Source of the DNA: the human T2T-CHM13v2.0 reference genome, Homo sapiens
DNA length: 64,000 bases
NCBI RefSeq assembly: GCF_009914755.1
Contig: NC_060939.1
Reading direction: 5' to 3' (one strand)
The translations under genes were made by a program, and so were the position numbers. Shown here piece by piece: positions 13,791-26,574 of the stretch. Every line of letters begins with the position of its first letter. Position 1 is the stretch's first letter. The notes beneath the pieces are model-generated. The model ran no database searches and had not been told where the DNA came from. It worked only from the letters and a program-made list of their open reading frames with translations.

Positions 13791-14576
13791 ATGATTCTCC
13801 TTTTATTCGCTAGAGGAGCTGGTGTGAATGTTTCATCCCCAAGGAACCAGATATGTCTGATTCTTCATTTATATGCTAGAAATATAAGCTCTAGTTCATC
13901 ACAATTAGGCAAAAAGGGGAGTAACATTTCAATATCTTATAATCAAATGTTTAACACTAATATATAAGCATTGATATACTTCAAACTCTTAGTAGTATCT
14001 TTGGAATAATACTAACAATATTTATATATTATTATATTCATATAATATTATATTATACTAATATTAACTGAAATATAAATATTTTAATACTAAAATACTA
14101 AAAATATTTATATTTCAATTAATATTATCATGTAATTAGAAATATTTTTAAAATAATGGTTATAAAATCACGCAGCTACTGCTCTTGCACCTGTTACTCA
14201 GCATTAGAAACAAAAATGTTTTGTTCTGGAAATTTAACCTGATTATATTTATATTAGTCCAAATTCTTATTAGATTTATTTTGTCCTTTCACTTATTTTT
14301 AAAGGTAATGCCAAAGGCCATTGTTTCTATGCCTGATTATAGTACTCACACACACTATAATAGTCATTCAACAATTGGCCTGTGGTTTGGCACCCCCGAA
14401 ACCAACTTGAAAATAAACAAGTTATTGGCAATATTTATTTAAGTACAGGCTGTATTACTATTAAATAATTAGTATTCTGTTTCATGACTTTCATAATAAA
14501 AAGTACAGGAACAGCCATCCTAAGCTTGCATTGGTAATATGAATATTAATTAGATATGGATTCTTTTATGGATCCA

Positions 14577-15412
14577 TAAAAAAGTGGGTGAAGGATATGA
14601 ACAGACGCTTCTCAAAAGAAGACACTTATGCAACCAACAAACATGAAAAAAGGCTCATCATCACTGGTCATTACAGAAATGCAATTCAAAACCACAATAA
14701 GACACCATCTCATGCCAGTTAGAATGGCGATCATTAAAAAGTCAGGAAACAACAGACCCTGCAGAGGATGTGGAGAAATAGGAACGCTTTTAAATTGTTG
14801 GTGGGAGTGTAAATTAGTTCAACCATTGTGAAAGACAGTGTGGCAATTCCTCAAGAATCTAGAAGCAGAATTACCATTTGACCCAGCAATCCCATTACTG
14901 GGTATATACTCAAAGGATTATAAATCATTCTACTATAAAGACACAGGCACAGATATGTTTACTGCAGCACTATTCACACTAGCAAAGACTTGGAACCAAC
15001 CCAAATGCCCATCAGTGACAGACTGGATAAAGAAAATGTGGCACATGTACACCATGGAATACTATGCAGCCACAAAAAAGGATGAGTTCATGTCCTTTGC
15101 AGGGACATGGATGAAGCTGGAAGCCATCATTCTCAGCAAACTAACACAGGAACAGAAAAGCAAACACCACATGTTCTCATTCAAAAGTGGGAGTTGAACA
15201 ATGAGAACACATGGACACAGGGAGGGGAACATCACACACCAGGGCCTGTTGAGGGGTGGTGGGCTAGGGGAGGGATAGCATTAGGAGAAATACCTAATGT
15301 AGATGATGGGTTGATAGGTGCAGCAAACCACCAATGGCACATGTATACTCATGTAACAAACCTGCACATTCTGCACATGTATTCCAGAACTTAAAGTATA
15401 ATTTTAAAAAAA
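14577..15412 (+). mobile_element. L1PA7/8-like, 5'-truncated (ORF2 C-terminus plus 3' UTR)
   Basis: ORF 14838-15197 is the L1 ORF2 C-terminus ([12 protein letters not shown]...WMKLEAIILSKL); 3' UTR ends aacttaaagtataa. Confidence 0.93.
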
Positions 15413-15414
15413 CT

Positions 15415-16440
15415 TGAAGTTTTGTACATACAATGGAATATTATTCAGCCATGAAAATGAAGAAAATCCTTCCATTTGTGACAACCTAGATCAGCCTGGA
15501 AGACATTATGCTAGGTGAAATAGACCAGAAACAGAAAGATAAATACTGTATAATTCTCACTTACATGTGAAATCTAAAAAAGTCAAACTCACTGGGCATA
15601 GTGGCCGACACCTATAATCCTAGCACTTTGGGAAGCAAAGGCAGGAGGATTGCTTGAGCCCAGGAGTTTGAGACCAGCCTGTGCAATATGGGGAAACTTC
15701 ATCTCTACAAAAAAAAAATTACAAAAAACTAGCCAGGCGTGGTGGCATGTGCCTGTAGTCCCAGCTACTCAGGAGGCTGAGTAGCTACTCAGGTGAATCA
15801 CCTGAGTCTGGGGAGGTGGAGGCTGCAGTGAGCCATGATCACGCCACTGCATTCCAGCCTGGGTGACAGAGTGAGACCCTGTATCAAAAATAAAAAACAA
15901 AAATAAATTAAAAATAAGAAAGTCAAACTCACAGAAGCAGAGAGCATAATAAGCAGTTGCCAGGGGCTGGGGTTAGAGAAATGGGGAGATGTTGGTCAAA
16001 ATTTACGAACTTTCAGTCATAAGATGAATATGTTTTGGAGATCTAACATACAACATGATGATTATAGTTAATAATACTGCATTGTATACTTGGAATTTGC
16101 TAAGAGAGTAAATCTTAAGCATTCTCTCCACACACACAAAATAATGAGCCAGGTATGGTGGTTCATGCATGGAATCGCAACACTTTGGGAGGCCAAGGCA
16201 GGAGGATCGCTGAGGCCAGGAGCTTAAGACCAGCCTGGGCACCATAGCAAGACCCCACCTCTATAAAAAATAAAAATTTAAAATAAAAAAATGGTAACTG
16301 TGTGGTGATTGGATATGTTAATTAGCTTGATTATGGTAACTATTTCACAATGTATATGTATATCAAATCATCACATTGTATACCTTAAATATAGATAATT
16401 TTTATTCATAAATTATACCTCAGTAAAACTAAGGAAAAAT
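15415..16440 (+). mobile_element. L1MA9/L1MB-type 3' end with nested AluJ (15593-15917) and FLAM (16147-16290)
   Basis: caatggaatattattcagcc...ttcagtcataagatgaata...aattatacctcagtaaaact; AluJ TSD aaagtcaaactcac. Confidence 0.85.
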
Positions 16441-16589
16441 AAATTAATATGTAAGAATGATAGACTGTCAGTGAGAGGGAAATGGAAAAAAAGAAAAATA
16501 GACTGTCAAAAGTAAAAATAAATAAAAATTAAAAGTTGGAGTTTAGCAGAAGAAATAAAACATAATGTAAAAATAACTATGGCAAGTAA

Positions 16590-17165
16590 ACTATGCAATG
16601 ATCAGCGCTCTTATAAAGGTGGAAAGAAAGTTGCAATGGGAAAGAAAGGCAAGTGAGAAGAGGGTCAAGATCAGAGCAGACTTTGGGGAAGAGAAAGCTC
16701 TTGAGCTAGTCCTTGAAAATTGGTGTGATTCCTGTATACAACAATAAGGAGTGAAAGCCATTCAAGTAGAAAGAACAGCAGGAACACAGACAGAGAAGTC
16801 AGAAAACAGAGTATCTGCAAAGAACATCAAATACTGTACTTCAGTCTATCTGGCAAGTGGAGTGCATAGGAGATAACGGGAAATCAGGGGAAAAAACATA
16901 TGTTAGGGTTAGATTATGACCCTTACAATTATCCTAGTACATGACAATAATAGCCTAAGGCAGTGTCAACAAGAATGGAGAACAAAGTATAGATTCAAGA
17001 AATATTCCAAATATAGAACTGACAACATTTGGCAACAGAAGGGGAAGGAAGAGGTAAAAAGTCAAAGATGATGTCACATTCTTTGCCCTAATGGCTAGGG
17101 GAATGTTGGTGGCATTGACAAAAATAAGGAGAGTGAACGTGGAACAAATTCTGGTCCATCTGTTT
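16590..17165 (-). mobile_element. L2 fragment
   Basis: Diverged L2 motifs tagattcaagaaatatt...gaactgacaacatttggcaac...gtcaaagatgat. Confidence 0.55.
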
Positions 17166-18984
17166 GAGTTCTGCATACCAATGCTCAGCTAGCTCATCAC
17201 AAAGCAGAAGTAGAGAACATTTCAAGCTCAACAGTCACTCATCAGATGTGAGGGTGAAGTTATTTTTACTCTCACAGCAGTAAAACAAAACCTGAACATT
17301 GTTAAAAAGATTCTTCAGGTTTTCTGAATGTTCAAGTGGGTTGTCTAGAACAACAAGCCTTAACTTAGAGCCTCAAAGTCTAATCTTAGAGGAAAATTTA
17401 AATGGTTTTATGTCCCCAGTCCTTTAGTCCTTAGCTGGTTGAAATCTAAAAGCTATCTTTTCTCCTTTTGAGATATGAGTGTGACACATCATTCATCTCT
17501 AAACTTTCTCAGTTTTCTCTTCATTAAATATTTAGTGTGACAAATTCAGCTTGTAGGTTGATAAGGAGGTACTCTACATTTCATTATCTGGATTTTCCCT
17601 CCAACAATATTCTGAATAGTTTTTCCATATTGCTCTCAATCTTTAACCACTCCACCATCACTTGACGGTGTCACACTTCAGAGAACCTTTCATTTTAACC
17701 CCATTTCCATGAATCATTATCATTGCGGCTTGCGGGAATTGCTTGAGCTATACCCAGAGCATCTGACCTGTCATATCTGCCCGAGATCACTTTATGTGAC
17801 CTTTTATGTGCACATATGGCCACGCCCCTAGACATTCTGTAAATCTAAACTAAGTATGGGGAACAAACTCATTAAAAATCCAAGCACAAGAATTCCAAAT
17901 GAGACTTTACCTGGTGGCACAATAAGCAAATGCTTTCCGCTAAACAAGGAATTGGAGTCTACTTTCTGGACATATTTTCACCAGTCATAATAACTGAAAC
18001 CTGACATACATAAAACTGTAACTAAATACCTATGCCATTGAAGCAGAGTACCATAAAGAGAAATGTCCTAGGCTCCTCTTATATCCAATGGGGAAACTTT
18101 CTATCCAATTAAGGGAACACACATGTAGCTTCAAAGGGCCTACAGAAGAATGCTAAATTCTCACTGATAAACTCATATCTCCCCAAAATTAAACTGAACG
18201 GTCCTCTGACGTTTAATAATTCTTTCATGTACATTTCAATGAAAGGTGAAGCTGTTTTATTTAATCCAACCTTGAGCGTGGATACTTTCCTCTTCCGAAC
18301 TATTGATATAACCATGACATTTAAATGCACACGAGTAGCAGCAATTCCATTTGGATCCCCTGATTGAGTCGATTACTGTGATGTTAAGCATGCCCATTCC
18401 ATCCCAGAGTTTAAGTAAACAAGACCACCCCTCTCTGCTCTTAGCCCAGGATTTATGAGGGCCGTGTGTCTGGCACTCAGGGAGATGTTGGCTTTCTCTC
18501 ACCAGTGATTCCATATACAACACTGTCATATAATTTTTAGATTTTTCAAAGACTTCAAAGTTCACAGCCTTCTGTGAAGTTGCTATCTGGGCATGTTTAT
18601 CATGGCAAGGACTAAAGGCAGGAGGGCTATGCAGAAACTTCAAACTGTGGGCACTTCACAAATGCATTGTGTGCATCTATAAAATGTCAAAACATCCAGG
18701 AGAAAAATTAAAAAGCCAGTCAGTTCACCACTCATACAGGGATAAAGCCAGGCTGGGGCAAATGTGGCTTAAATGTTGGGTTGGAAAGACTGTTTGATTT
18801 TTCCATGATCAAGATATTGTATCCTAATTGTTTCCTTTGCTAAATGAGCAGTGCTTAATTGCTAAGTAGAAATTAGTTCACTTCCTCCCTTCTCTCTTTT
18901 TGAAAGTGACCAGATGTCCCATTTGGGGGGTTTACCCTTTGTGATGTGGTACTGAGAACACAGGACAAACTTTGTGTGTCTTAA

Positions 18985-19200
18985 GAGGCCACACTGCTTG
19001 ATGGTGAGCCTGGGGCTCTGGAGTCAGACTGGCCTTTGTGTGAAGCCCAGCTCTGCCACACAGCAGCTGAACACCACCAGACAAGTTACCCTGTGTGTCT
19101 CAGTTACCCCGTCTGTAAGATGGGGTTGATAGTAATGGTACTACCTCATTAAGCTGTGAGGATCCAATAAAATAATGTGCTGAGTACATGAAAAGTATTC
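18985..19200 (+). mobile_element. MIR
   Basis: ggctctggagtcagact...cccagctctgccac...ctcagttaccccgtctgtaagatgggg. Confidence 0.8.
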
Positions 19201-20580
19201 CATACATATGATTTTATTATTATAATTGAAACACTGGACAAAAGAAATGAAAGTTCTTTTCTTCAGTTCAGGGATGAATCCCTGAAACATCAGTAAGGAT
19301 TCTCTTATTTGGGTTCTGAATTCTGTATCCCCATAGCTTTTGGACATATTGATGTCCTACAATGCATCAAGCACTGTGCAAGAGGCTTCTCAAATATATT
19401 AGTCACAGAATCAAGCAACATGCTAGCACTGATTTAACGTCAATCTTCCCAAAAATACTATCTCATTCACTCTCTTTACATTCCATTCATCCAACAAGGA
19501 TCTATTATGAGCCAGCCAATGGGTTACCCAAGCGGAGCTACCTAATATCCCTGGCTCTTACCAATCAAAGTAAATTCTTCTAGAAAAGGAATGTTTTGAG
19601 AGAAGCTGTCTAGATCCTCCATGTTAGCCGGCACATTCTGGAAGGCTCTTCAGAGGGTTAGCAGGTTATCAGACATCTTTCCATGCAGTCCTGACTGAGG
19701 AGAGCCACTGTGTCCTTTGCATGCTGAGCATCACTGTGCGTCATCATGACTCACAAGCGATCAATCACCGAATGACATTTAAACATCTTGACTAACTACC
19801 AGCAGCATTTTGCTTCAGTTATTGGAAGTGTCTCAGAGTGAATGTGCTCTAAGATCTGAATCACTGTCTCTGAGGGCAACAATGCAAATTGCCAAGAAAT
19901 GCATAACAAACAACCACGGCACAAGACTAGCCTTGTTGCATGTCACTGTGCACCATGAGGCATCTGATGTTTCTGCCTCCTTAATCATGCTCACGATGCT
20001 TCTTCTTGTGAAGTGACGCACATGATCCTTAGAGACATATACAGTGTTAGAGCTGGGAGGGTCGTCATCTTGAAGATGAGCTGATCATCACAGAGAGGAG
20101 TGGAAGGAAGCTAACATTTATTAAATTCCAGGACCCAGGTCTCCTGACTGCTACTTTAAGGATGTTTTCACTGTACCACATCTAGTGACAAGATTCTCTG
20201 CTCAGCTACTCCCTTATCAAAGTTCTCACTTACCAACTTAATTGTCAATATTTTAGTAATTGTGAGCTGTGAGCACAACCTGCCAACCGTAATGCTCATC
20301 TTAGTATCGCTCTAGCCACTGGATGAGAGATTCTATCACATTTTCATCCTTCAGCAATCTGTAAACCACATTGGGATAGCTTGTCTCATACCCTGGTGGT
20401 GAGAGGGTAGATTGGTGCAATCTTTCCAGAAGGCAGCACTGCAGTGTATCAAACACCCCATGCATGTGTCTACCTTGGGACTCAATCCTTCTGTTTCCAG
20501 GAATTTACACTAAGGAAATGATCTGAGGTGTGTCAAAGGTGTGTGTACATGATTAGCAAGGGACAGAGCATTGCAGGTCC

Positions 20581-20741
20581 AGATAGATACATATATAGAT
20601 AGATAGATAGGTAGATAGATAGATAGATAGATAGATAGGCAGGCCATGATAGACAGACAGACAGACAGACAGATGATAGATAGATAGAGAGATAGACAGA
20701 CAGATGATAGACAGATAGATAGATAGACAGATAGATAGATA
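20581..20741 (+). repeat. Compound (GATA)n/(GACA)n tetranucleotide microsatellite
   Basis: agatagat...agacagacagacagac...agatagat arrays. Confidence 0.95.
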
Positions 20742-21190
20742 CCTGAATAAATTATCTGCTCAGTCATTGGTTACCCACACCTAAACACCCTAAAAGGCAC
20801 CACTGCCACAACTTAATATCCTAATAGGCATCATCTCCCACCTGGTGGCAGATACTGGAATTATACAATGCCAAGGATGAACTATTATCTAAGAAGCATA
20901 CCTTGTAAAGTCAACTGAATTTCACTGACTGGAAATATCCTCATTTCAAACTAGAAATTAGAAATTTTTAAAATAAAAACATTACTTCCCAGTCACTTCT
21001 TATCTTTTTCTCCCTTTATTGTTCTCTTATACCCATACAACCGCCACTTTCTCCTAGTCTTACACCTTCTAAGAAGTCTGTCTGCATTGTAAATCCTTTT
21101 TATTTCCAAAGTCAAAGTAGCATGATAGGACTTAATTGCTGGTATAGGGGAAATTGTGTGAATAGATAAGGTAATTAAATGTGTCTGTTC

Positions 21191-21863
21191 TCATGCTGGC
21201 AAGGCTGTGGAAAAAACAATGCTTTTACACTATTGGTGGGAGTGTAAATTAGTTCAACCATTGTGGAAGACAGTGTGGCGATTCCTGAAGGATCTAGAAC
21301 CAGAAATACCATTTGACCCAGCAATCCCATTGCTGGGTATATACCCAAAGGATTATAAATCATTGTACTAAAAAGACACATGCACACATATGTTTATTGC
21401 AGCACTATTCACATTAGCAAAGACTTGGAACCAACCCAAATGCCCATCAATGACAGACTGGATAAAGAAAATGTGGCACATATACACCAAAGAATACCAT
21501 GCAGCCATAAAAAGAATGAGTTCATGTCCTTTGCAGGGACATGGATGAAGCCGGAAGCCATCATTCTCAGCAAACTAACACAGGAACAGAAAACCAAACA
21601 CCGCATGTTCTCACTCATAAGTGGGAGTTGAAAAAGGAGAATACATGGACACAGGGAGGGGAACATCATACACCAGGGCCTGTCGGGGGGTTGGGGGCAA
21701 GGGGAGGGATAGCACTAGGACAAATACCCAATGCGTGCAGAGCTTAAAACCTAGATGACGGGTTGATAGGTGCGGTAAACCACCATGGCACATGTATACC
21801 TATGCAACAAACCTGCATGTTCTACACATGTATCCCAGAACTTAAAGTAAAATAAAAATAAAT
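21191..21863 (+). mobile_element. L1PA8-like, 5'-truncated
   Basis: ORF2 C-terminus remnant (ORF 21380-21631), 3' UTR gcttaaaacctagatgacgggttgatagg; TSD taaatgtgtc(t/c)gttc at 21176 and 21864. Confidence 0.92.
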
Positions 21864-22174
21864 AAATGTGTCCGTTCGATGGATGAGTCAATACTCCTTA
21901 GAGTGACTGTAATAGATCAGACTAGTAGTTCAGGCATTAAGTAGTTCTCACTGTTAACAATCTTCCTGCAAAACTTCAAATTTTATTTTCAGAAAATTCA
22001 CTGACTATCCTGGAATATGCATATTAGGGGAAGTAACTTCATGAACCACTACATCCTAAAGAAACTATTTTTGTTAGAGATCACATTTTCTCTTGAGTCC
22101 AACTGCACAGCAAGATGTTTTCTGCTTGATGGGCAGATAGAAATTAAAACTGGATAAGCACAATAGGTGTGTGA

Positions 22175-22445
22175 ATACCATATGTTCTCACTTATAATAA
22201 ATGGGAGGTAAGCTATGAGTACACAAAGGCATACAGAGTGGTATGATGGACTTTTAGAGATTCAGAAGGGGAATGATGGAAGGGGAGCTAGTGATTAAAA
22301 AACTACATATTGGGTACAGTGTGCACTATTTGGGTGACAGGTGCACTGAAATCTCAAAACTCACCAGTATATAATTTATCCATGTAAAAAAACAAATGCT
22401 TGTACCCCAAAAGCTATTGAAATAAAAAATGTTTTTAAAGAAAGA
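22175..22445 (+). mobile_element. L1PB4-like 3' end
   Basis: aagctatgagtacacaaaggcatacagagtgg...ttgtaccccaaaagctattgaaataaaaa. Confidence 0.85.
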
Positions 22446-22979
22446 AAATAAAAGAATAAGAAAGATGAGTACATTGAGCCATCACTGATATCTAGGAGCT
22501 CCCCCAGGGTAACCATGACAACACTAGTTTCCAAGCAGCAAAGCCTAATAATGTGATAAGCCAAGCTGAACACTCCAGGCCCAGACTCCTGACTCTTCCA
22601 AGACTGGCCTTGGGATGTAGTTAAATCACTTACAATCCATTTCCTAATGTGTAATGTGTAAGCCATAATTATATCCCTGTCTACCCAGCACTGGGTTGGA
22701 TCAACACTAGAAATTCATTAAATATTTTTTGATTGATTACCTCCCAGAGTAGTTATGAAAACTTAGATAACAAAGCATTTAGGAAGGATTAAGAGTGCCA
22801 TAAATGTCATTACTCAGTAAATGTTATTTACCAAAGTAGATCAATATTTATCATGTATTAAAACCATAACATAGTTTCATTTGTTCTAATTCCTGGATTC
22901 AAAATATACAAAGAATGAAATAACACACCATGCTTCTCTGGGGAAAACTACTGACATATGATTTTTACTATATGTTTAG

Positions 22980-23172
22980 AGCACTGGTTCCTAAACATCC
23001 ACCTGAATAAATTGCAAGAGAATCAACAGGAGACCTTTTCAAAACATAGGGACTTTTAGGCCCCACTCCTGGAGATTCGAATTCTGTAGTTCTGGGATGA
23101 GACTGGGGAATCCACTCTTTTTTAAAACTCCTAAGGTGATTGTAATGTGCAGGCAACTTTGGGAAGCACTAA
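22980..23172. mobile_element. MER5A-like hAT MITE
   Basis: cactggttcctaaa...ggccccactcctggagattcgaattc...aggtgattgtaatgtgcag...tttgggaagcact. Confidence 0.75.
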
Positions 23173-23734
23173 CTGAGAATGTACAAATACTGATCTCTCT
23201 AAGACAATTAGACTATCCTTGAAAGAGAAAAATCCACTAGTACCTTCTAGAACTCCATCATGGAAGGAGCTGTTGGTCAGAGATCCCCACCCCAACATCT
23301 GTGACTCTGGTATGCTCTTGACCCGCACCTGCCTCCAGGGCCCATCTTCCTTGTTCCTCTTTCCCCTTTTCTTAAGTCTGACTCCATCTGCCCCAACCCT
23401 TGGGACATTCCCTTTCCAAGACCAGCCACAGAAAGAGCGGCGACCTCCTTTTCCTCTTCCTGTTTGGCTGCCCCTACAGATAAGCTCAAGGGCTCTTTTC
23501 CTTTTAAGTGATGCTAACTGATTAATACCACCAAGAATAGGGAAACCAAAACAAAACAAACTTAGAGGTGAAAGTTTCCAGACTCTCCAAGGCCTTATCA
23601 CCATGATCCTGGGCCATGGTTTTTGATTCCTATTGGAGAAAGAGTAAGGCAAAAAGTTTGGGTAGAAATTCTCAGTAATGGGCTGAGAGGACCTCACAGG
23701 CAATCAGGGCAGGGTTCTTAGAAATACAATCCAA

Positions 23735-24500
23735 TTATTCATTCATAATACTTATTGAGCGTCTCTTAAGTAACAGGCATTTCACTCACCAAGAGACTGA
23801 TAAGGACAAAATCTTTCCCCTCAAAAAGCTCACGATCTTCCATGAGAGGAAGATATGTAAACAGGTGATTTATACACACATTGTGTGAGAACTTGTGAAG
23901 GAGCCGCACTGTGCATATGTGGCTATTTAATTTTAAATTTATTAAAATTAAATAAGAGTACAGAAAATGGGTGAATTTTATGGCATGTAAATTATACCCC
24001 AATAAAGTTGTTTTAAAGAGTTAAAATTTTTTAAAAGTGAAATAAAATTAAGAATTCCTTTCCTCAACCACACTAGCTGGGTTTCCAGTGGCTGCCATAT
24101 TGGACAGCACACACAACATATTTCCCTGAACACAGAAAGTCTGCACAGCACTGTGAGAGAGGTGTTGCGGTAAGCCAGAGGAGGGAGCAACTTCTCTGCT
24201 TGAGGAGGGCACATAAGGCTTCACATATGGCATGTCTGAGGGGCTCTTGAAAGACGAATACGAGTTTTTCCTAAAATGTAAGAACTGAGGTAGGGAAAGA
24301 GGAAGTGGACAGAATGTACAAAGGCAGAGAAGTTGCATGGTGTGTTCAGGGAATGCTGAGAAATATAACTAGAAACACTGGTTGTGTGGGACTCAGGAGT
24401 GAGTTATGATGCTGAAGAAGTAGGTCCCGAACAGGAGCCATGGGGCAGCTCTGGATGCCGAAGGAAAGCAGCTTTTATCCCTGATGGCAAGGAAGCCAAC
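23735..24500. mobile_element. L2 fragment with nested MER3/MER33-like DNA element and short L1 tail
   Basis: L2 end attcattcataatacttattgagc; MER3-type gtggctgccatattggacagcac and agaaagtctgcacagcactg. Confidence 0.55.
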
Positions 24501-25416
24501 AGTGATGTTCACTTGTTTTTATGTTCATTTTTTATGAATAGACTTTTTATTGCAATATAATATACATACAGAAAAACACACAGAGCATCCAGGACACAAC
24601 TCAGAGTTATCACGAAAGGTACCCAACTGTATAATCACCATCAAGGTCAAGAAACAACATGTCAGCACCTCAAAAGCCCACCCTGTCACGCCCCTTCCCA
24701 CTCACCATCCACTTCCTCCTCCCCAAAGCAACTCTAGCCTAGATTTAACCCTACGGATCTGTTTTGTATTTTAATAGAGGTTTTTCAAGCAGGAAAACAA
24801 CACGGCTATATTTCATTTTGAAGAACATCTTGGCAGCTCAGTGGAAGAGTCTGTGGTACAAAGAAATGGTGGTAGAAAGCAACGAGGAATGATAAAGATG
24901 GCTCTAGTTTAAGGTAGTAATGAAAAGAGGCTGATGTCCAGGGAATCTTAGTAATAAAAATCGTAGCATTTACTGAGTCCTGGATACTTTCCAGGCACTG
25001 AAGTGTGGGCATGGCATAGATCTTAACATTCAATACCCCCATGCAATCCTCCAAAGTCAGTAGGCATGCAGGGAGGGAGAGGCAAAGCCAAGACTCAATT
25101 ACGCACACATCTGCTTCCACCATCCGTGGCCTTGACTGTTACTCTGCCTCTGTTTCTACTATCCTCCCTTTTGAGAAGAAACGAACTGTTTCAGGCTCTG
25201 ACTATGTATAATGCATAGGAAGGAGTTAAGAATGAATTAAATGCTTAGCTTAGGAGAGAAGCTGAAGACCTGGAGATGCCAGGACCTTCCTTTGAGGATA
25301 TCAACCTCATCAAAGCCCTCATTTCCCTTAAAGGCAAGAACTTTTCTTCTAAAAATAGAAATTGAAGAGCAAGTAATTCTAGTTGGCTGCCAAAACTGTG
25401 CCATCAGAGGCTTGAT

Positions 25417-25932
25417 GTTGTATTATCTATTGCTGTGTAACAAATCACCCCCAACACTTAGTGGCTTAAAACAACAATATAGTGTCTGTGGGTCAGAAAT
25501 TCAGGAGCAAGTTGATGGGCAGTTTTGGCTTGCTGCCTTCAGTCAGATACTAGTTGATTCTGCAGTCACCCAGGGGCTTGACTGGGGCTGGAGGAATCAT
25601 TTTCTGAATGGCTCACTCACATGGTGGGCACATTGGTGCTGACTGTTGAGTAAAGACCTCAGCTTCTCTCCAAGTAGATCTCTCCATAAAGCTGCTTTAG
25701 TGTCCTCATAGCATGCAGCTGGCTCTCCTCAAAGTGAGTGATCCAAGACACTAAAGCAGAAACTACAAAGCTTTTGATAAGCTAACCTCAGAAGTAACAT
25801 ATTTTTACTTTCACAATATTCCATCAGTTATTGACTATACAGAGTCAGCCGTGATTCAGTGTGGTCATTTCACAGTGCATGAGTACCAGGCAGCATGAAT
25901 CTCTGGAGGTCAACTTAGAGGCTAGGTGCCAC
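25417..25932 (-). mobile_element. MaLR LTR (MLT1F/G-like)
   Basis: tctattgctgtgtaacaaatcaccc...acttagtggcttaaaacaac...gaggctaggtgccaca. Confidence 0.8.
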
Positions 25933-26574
25933 AGTAGTAAAGGGTGGCTTTGTGCAAATCACAAGTGTTCTATGAAGCATTTCAAATGGAAACAGGGAGG
26001 GATGATTCTGCATTCCTGACAGATGGAACAGCGTGATTAAAGGTACCATGTTATATGCCCTCTGTCTGATTTGGCTAAAGTGAACTAATCATGAGTGAGG
26101 GGGAGAAAACCCAGAAAATACAGGCCTACGTTGTAGACTGCCTTGCATGTCTGAAAAGGGAACATCAACTTCACCTGTAGATAAATGGGAGCCACACATG
26201 CTATCTCAGTGAAAGGATGACATGTAAGGATCATAAAACATTAGAATGGAAGGGCTTTTTGAGACCAACTTCCTATCAATAGACTGTTTTCATGGTGCCC
26301 TGGAAGCTGAGCCAATTCAGGTCCCTTTGTTTTACCAAAGGAAACATACTAGGTCAGGGTTGTGCCTTAGGAAGGCAATCCTGGCCACAATGTGGAAAAT
26401 CGATTTAGAGGAGGGAAGAATGGAAGCAGGGATGCCAAGTTGAAACCTTAGTCCATTTCCCAGTATGAAAAGCCTAAAGTATGATGATGGTGGTAGAAAT
26501 GCAAAGGAGGGGAAGAGACGTGAAAAACATTCTGAGATAATTATATTGAACATGATAGACTTTTGCATTCACAG

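Noticed and set aside
18257-18643. 128-aa ORF in unique DNA
   Set aside because: Non-ATG start, no homology I recognise, no supporting splice structure.
23131-23703. 190-aa minus-strand ORF
   Set aside because: No ATG start, no recognisable domain, ends inside a MER5A element; consistent with chance.
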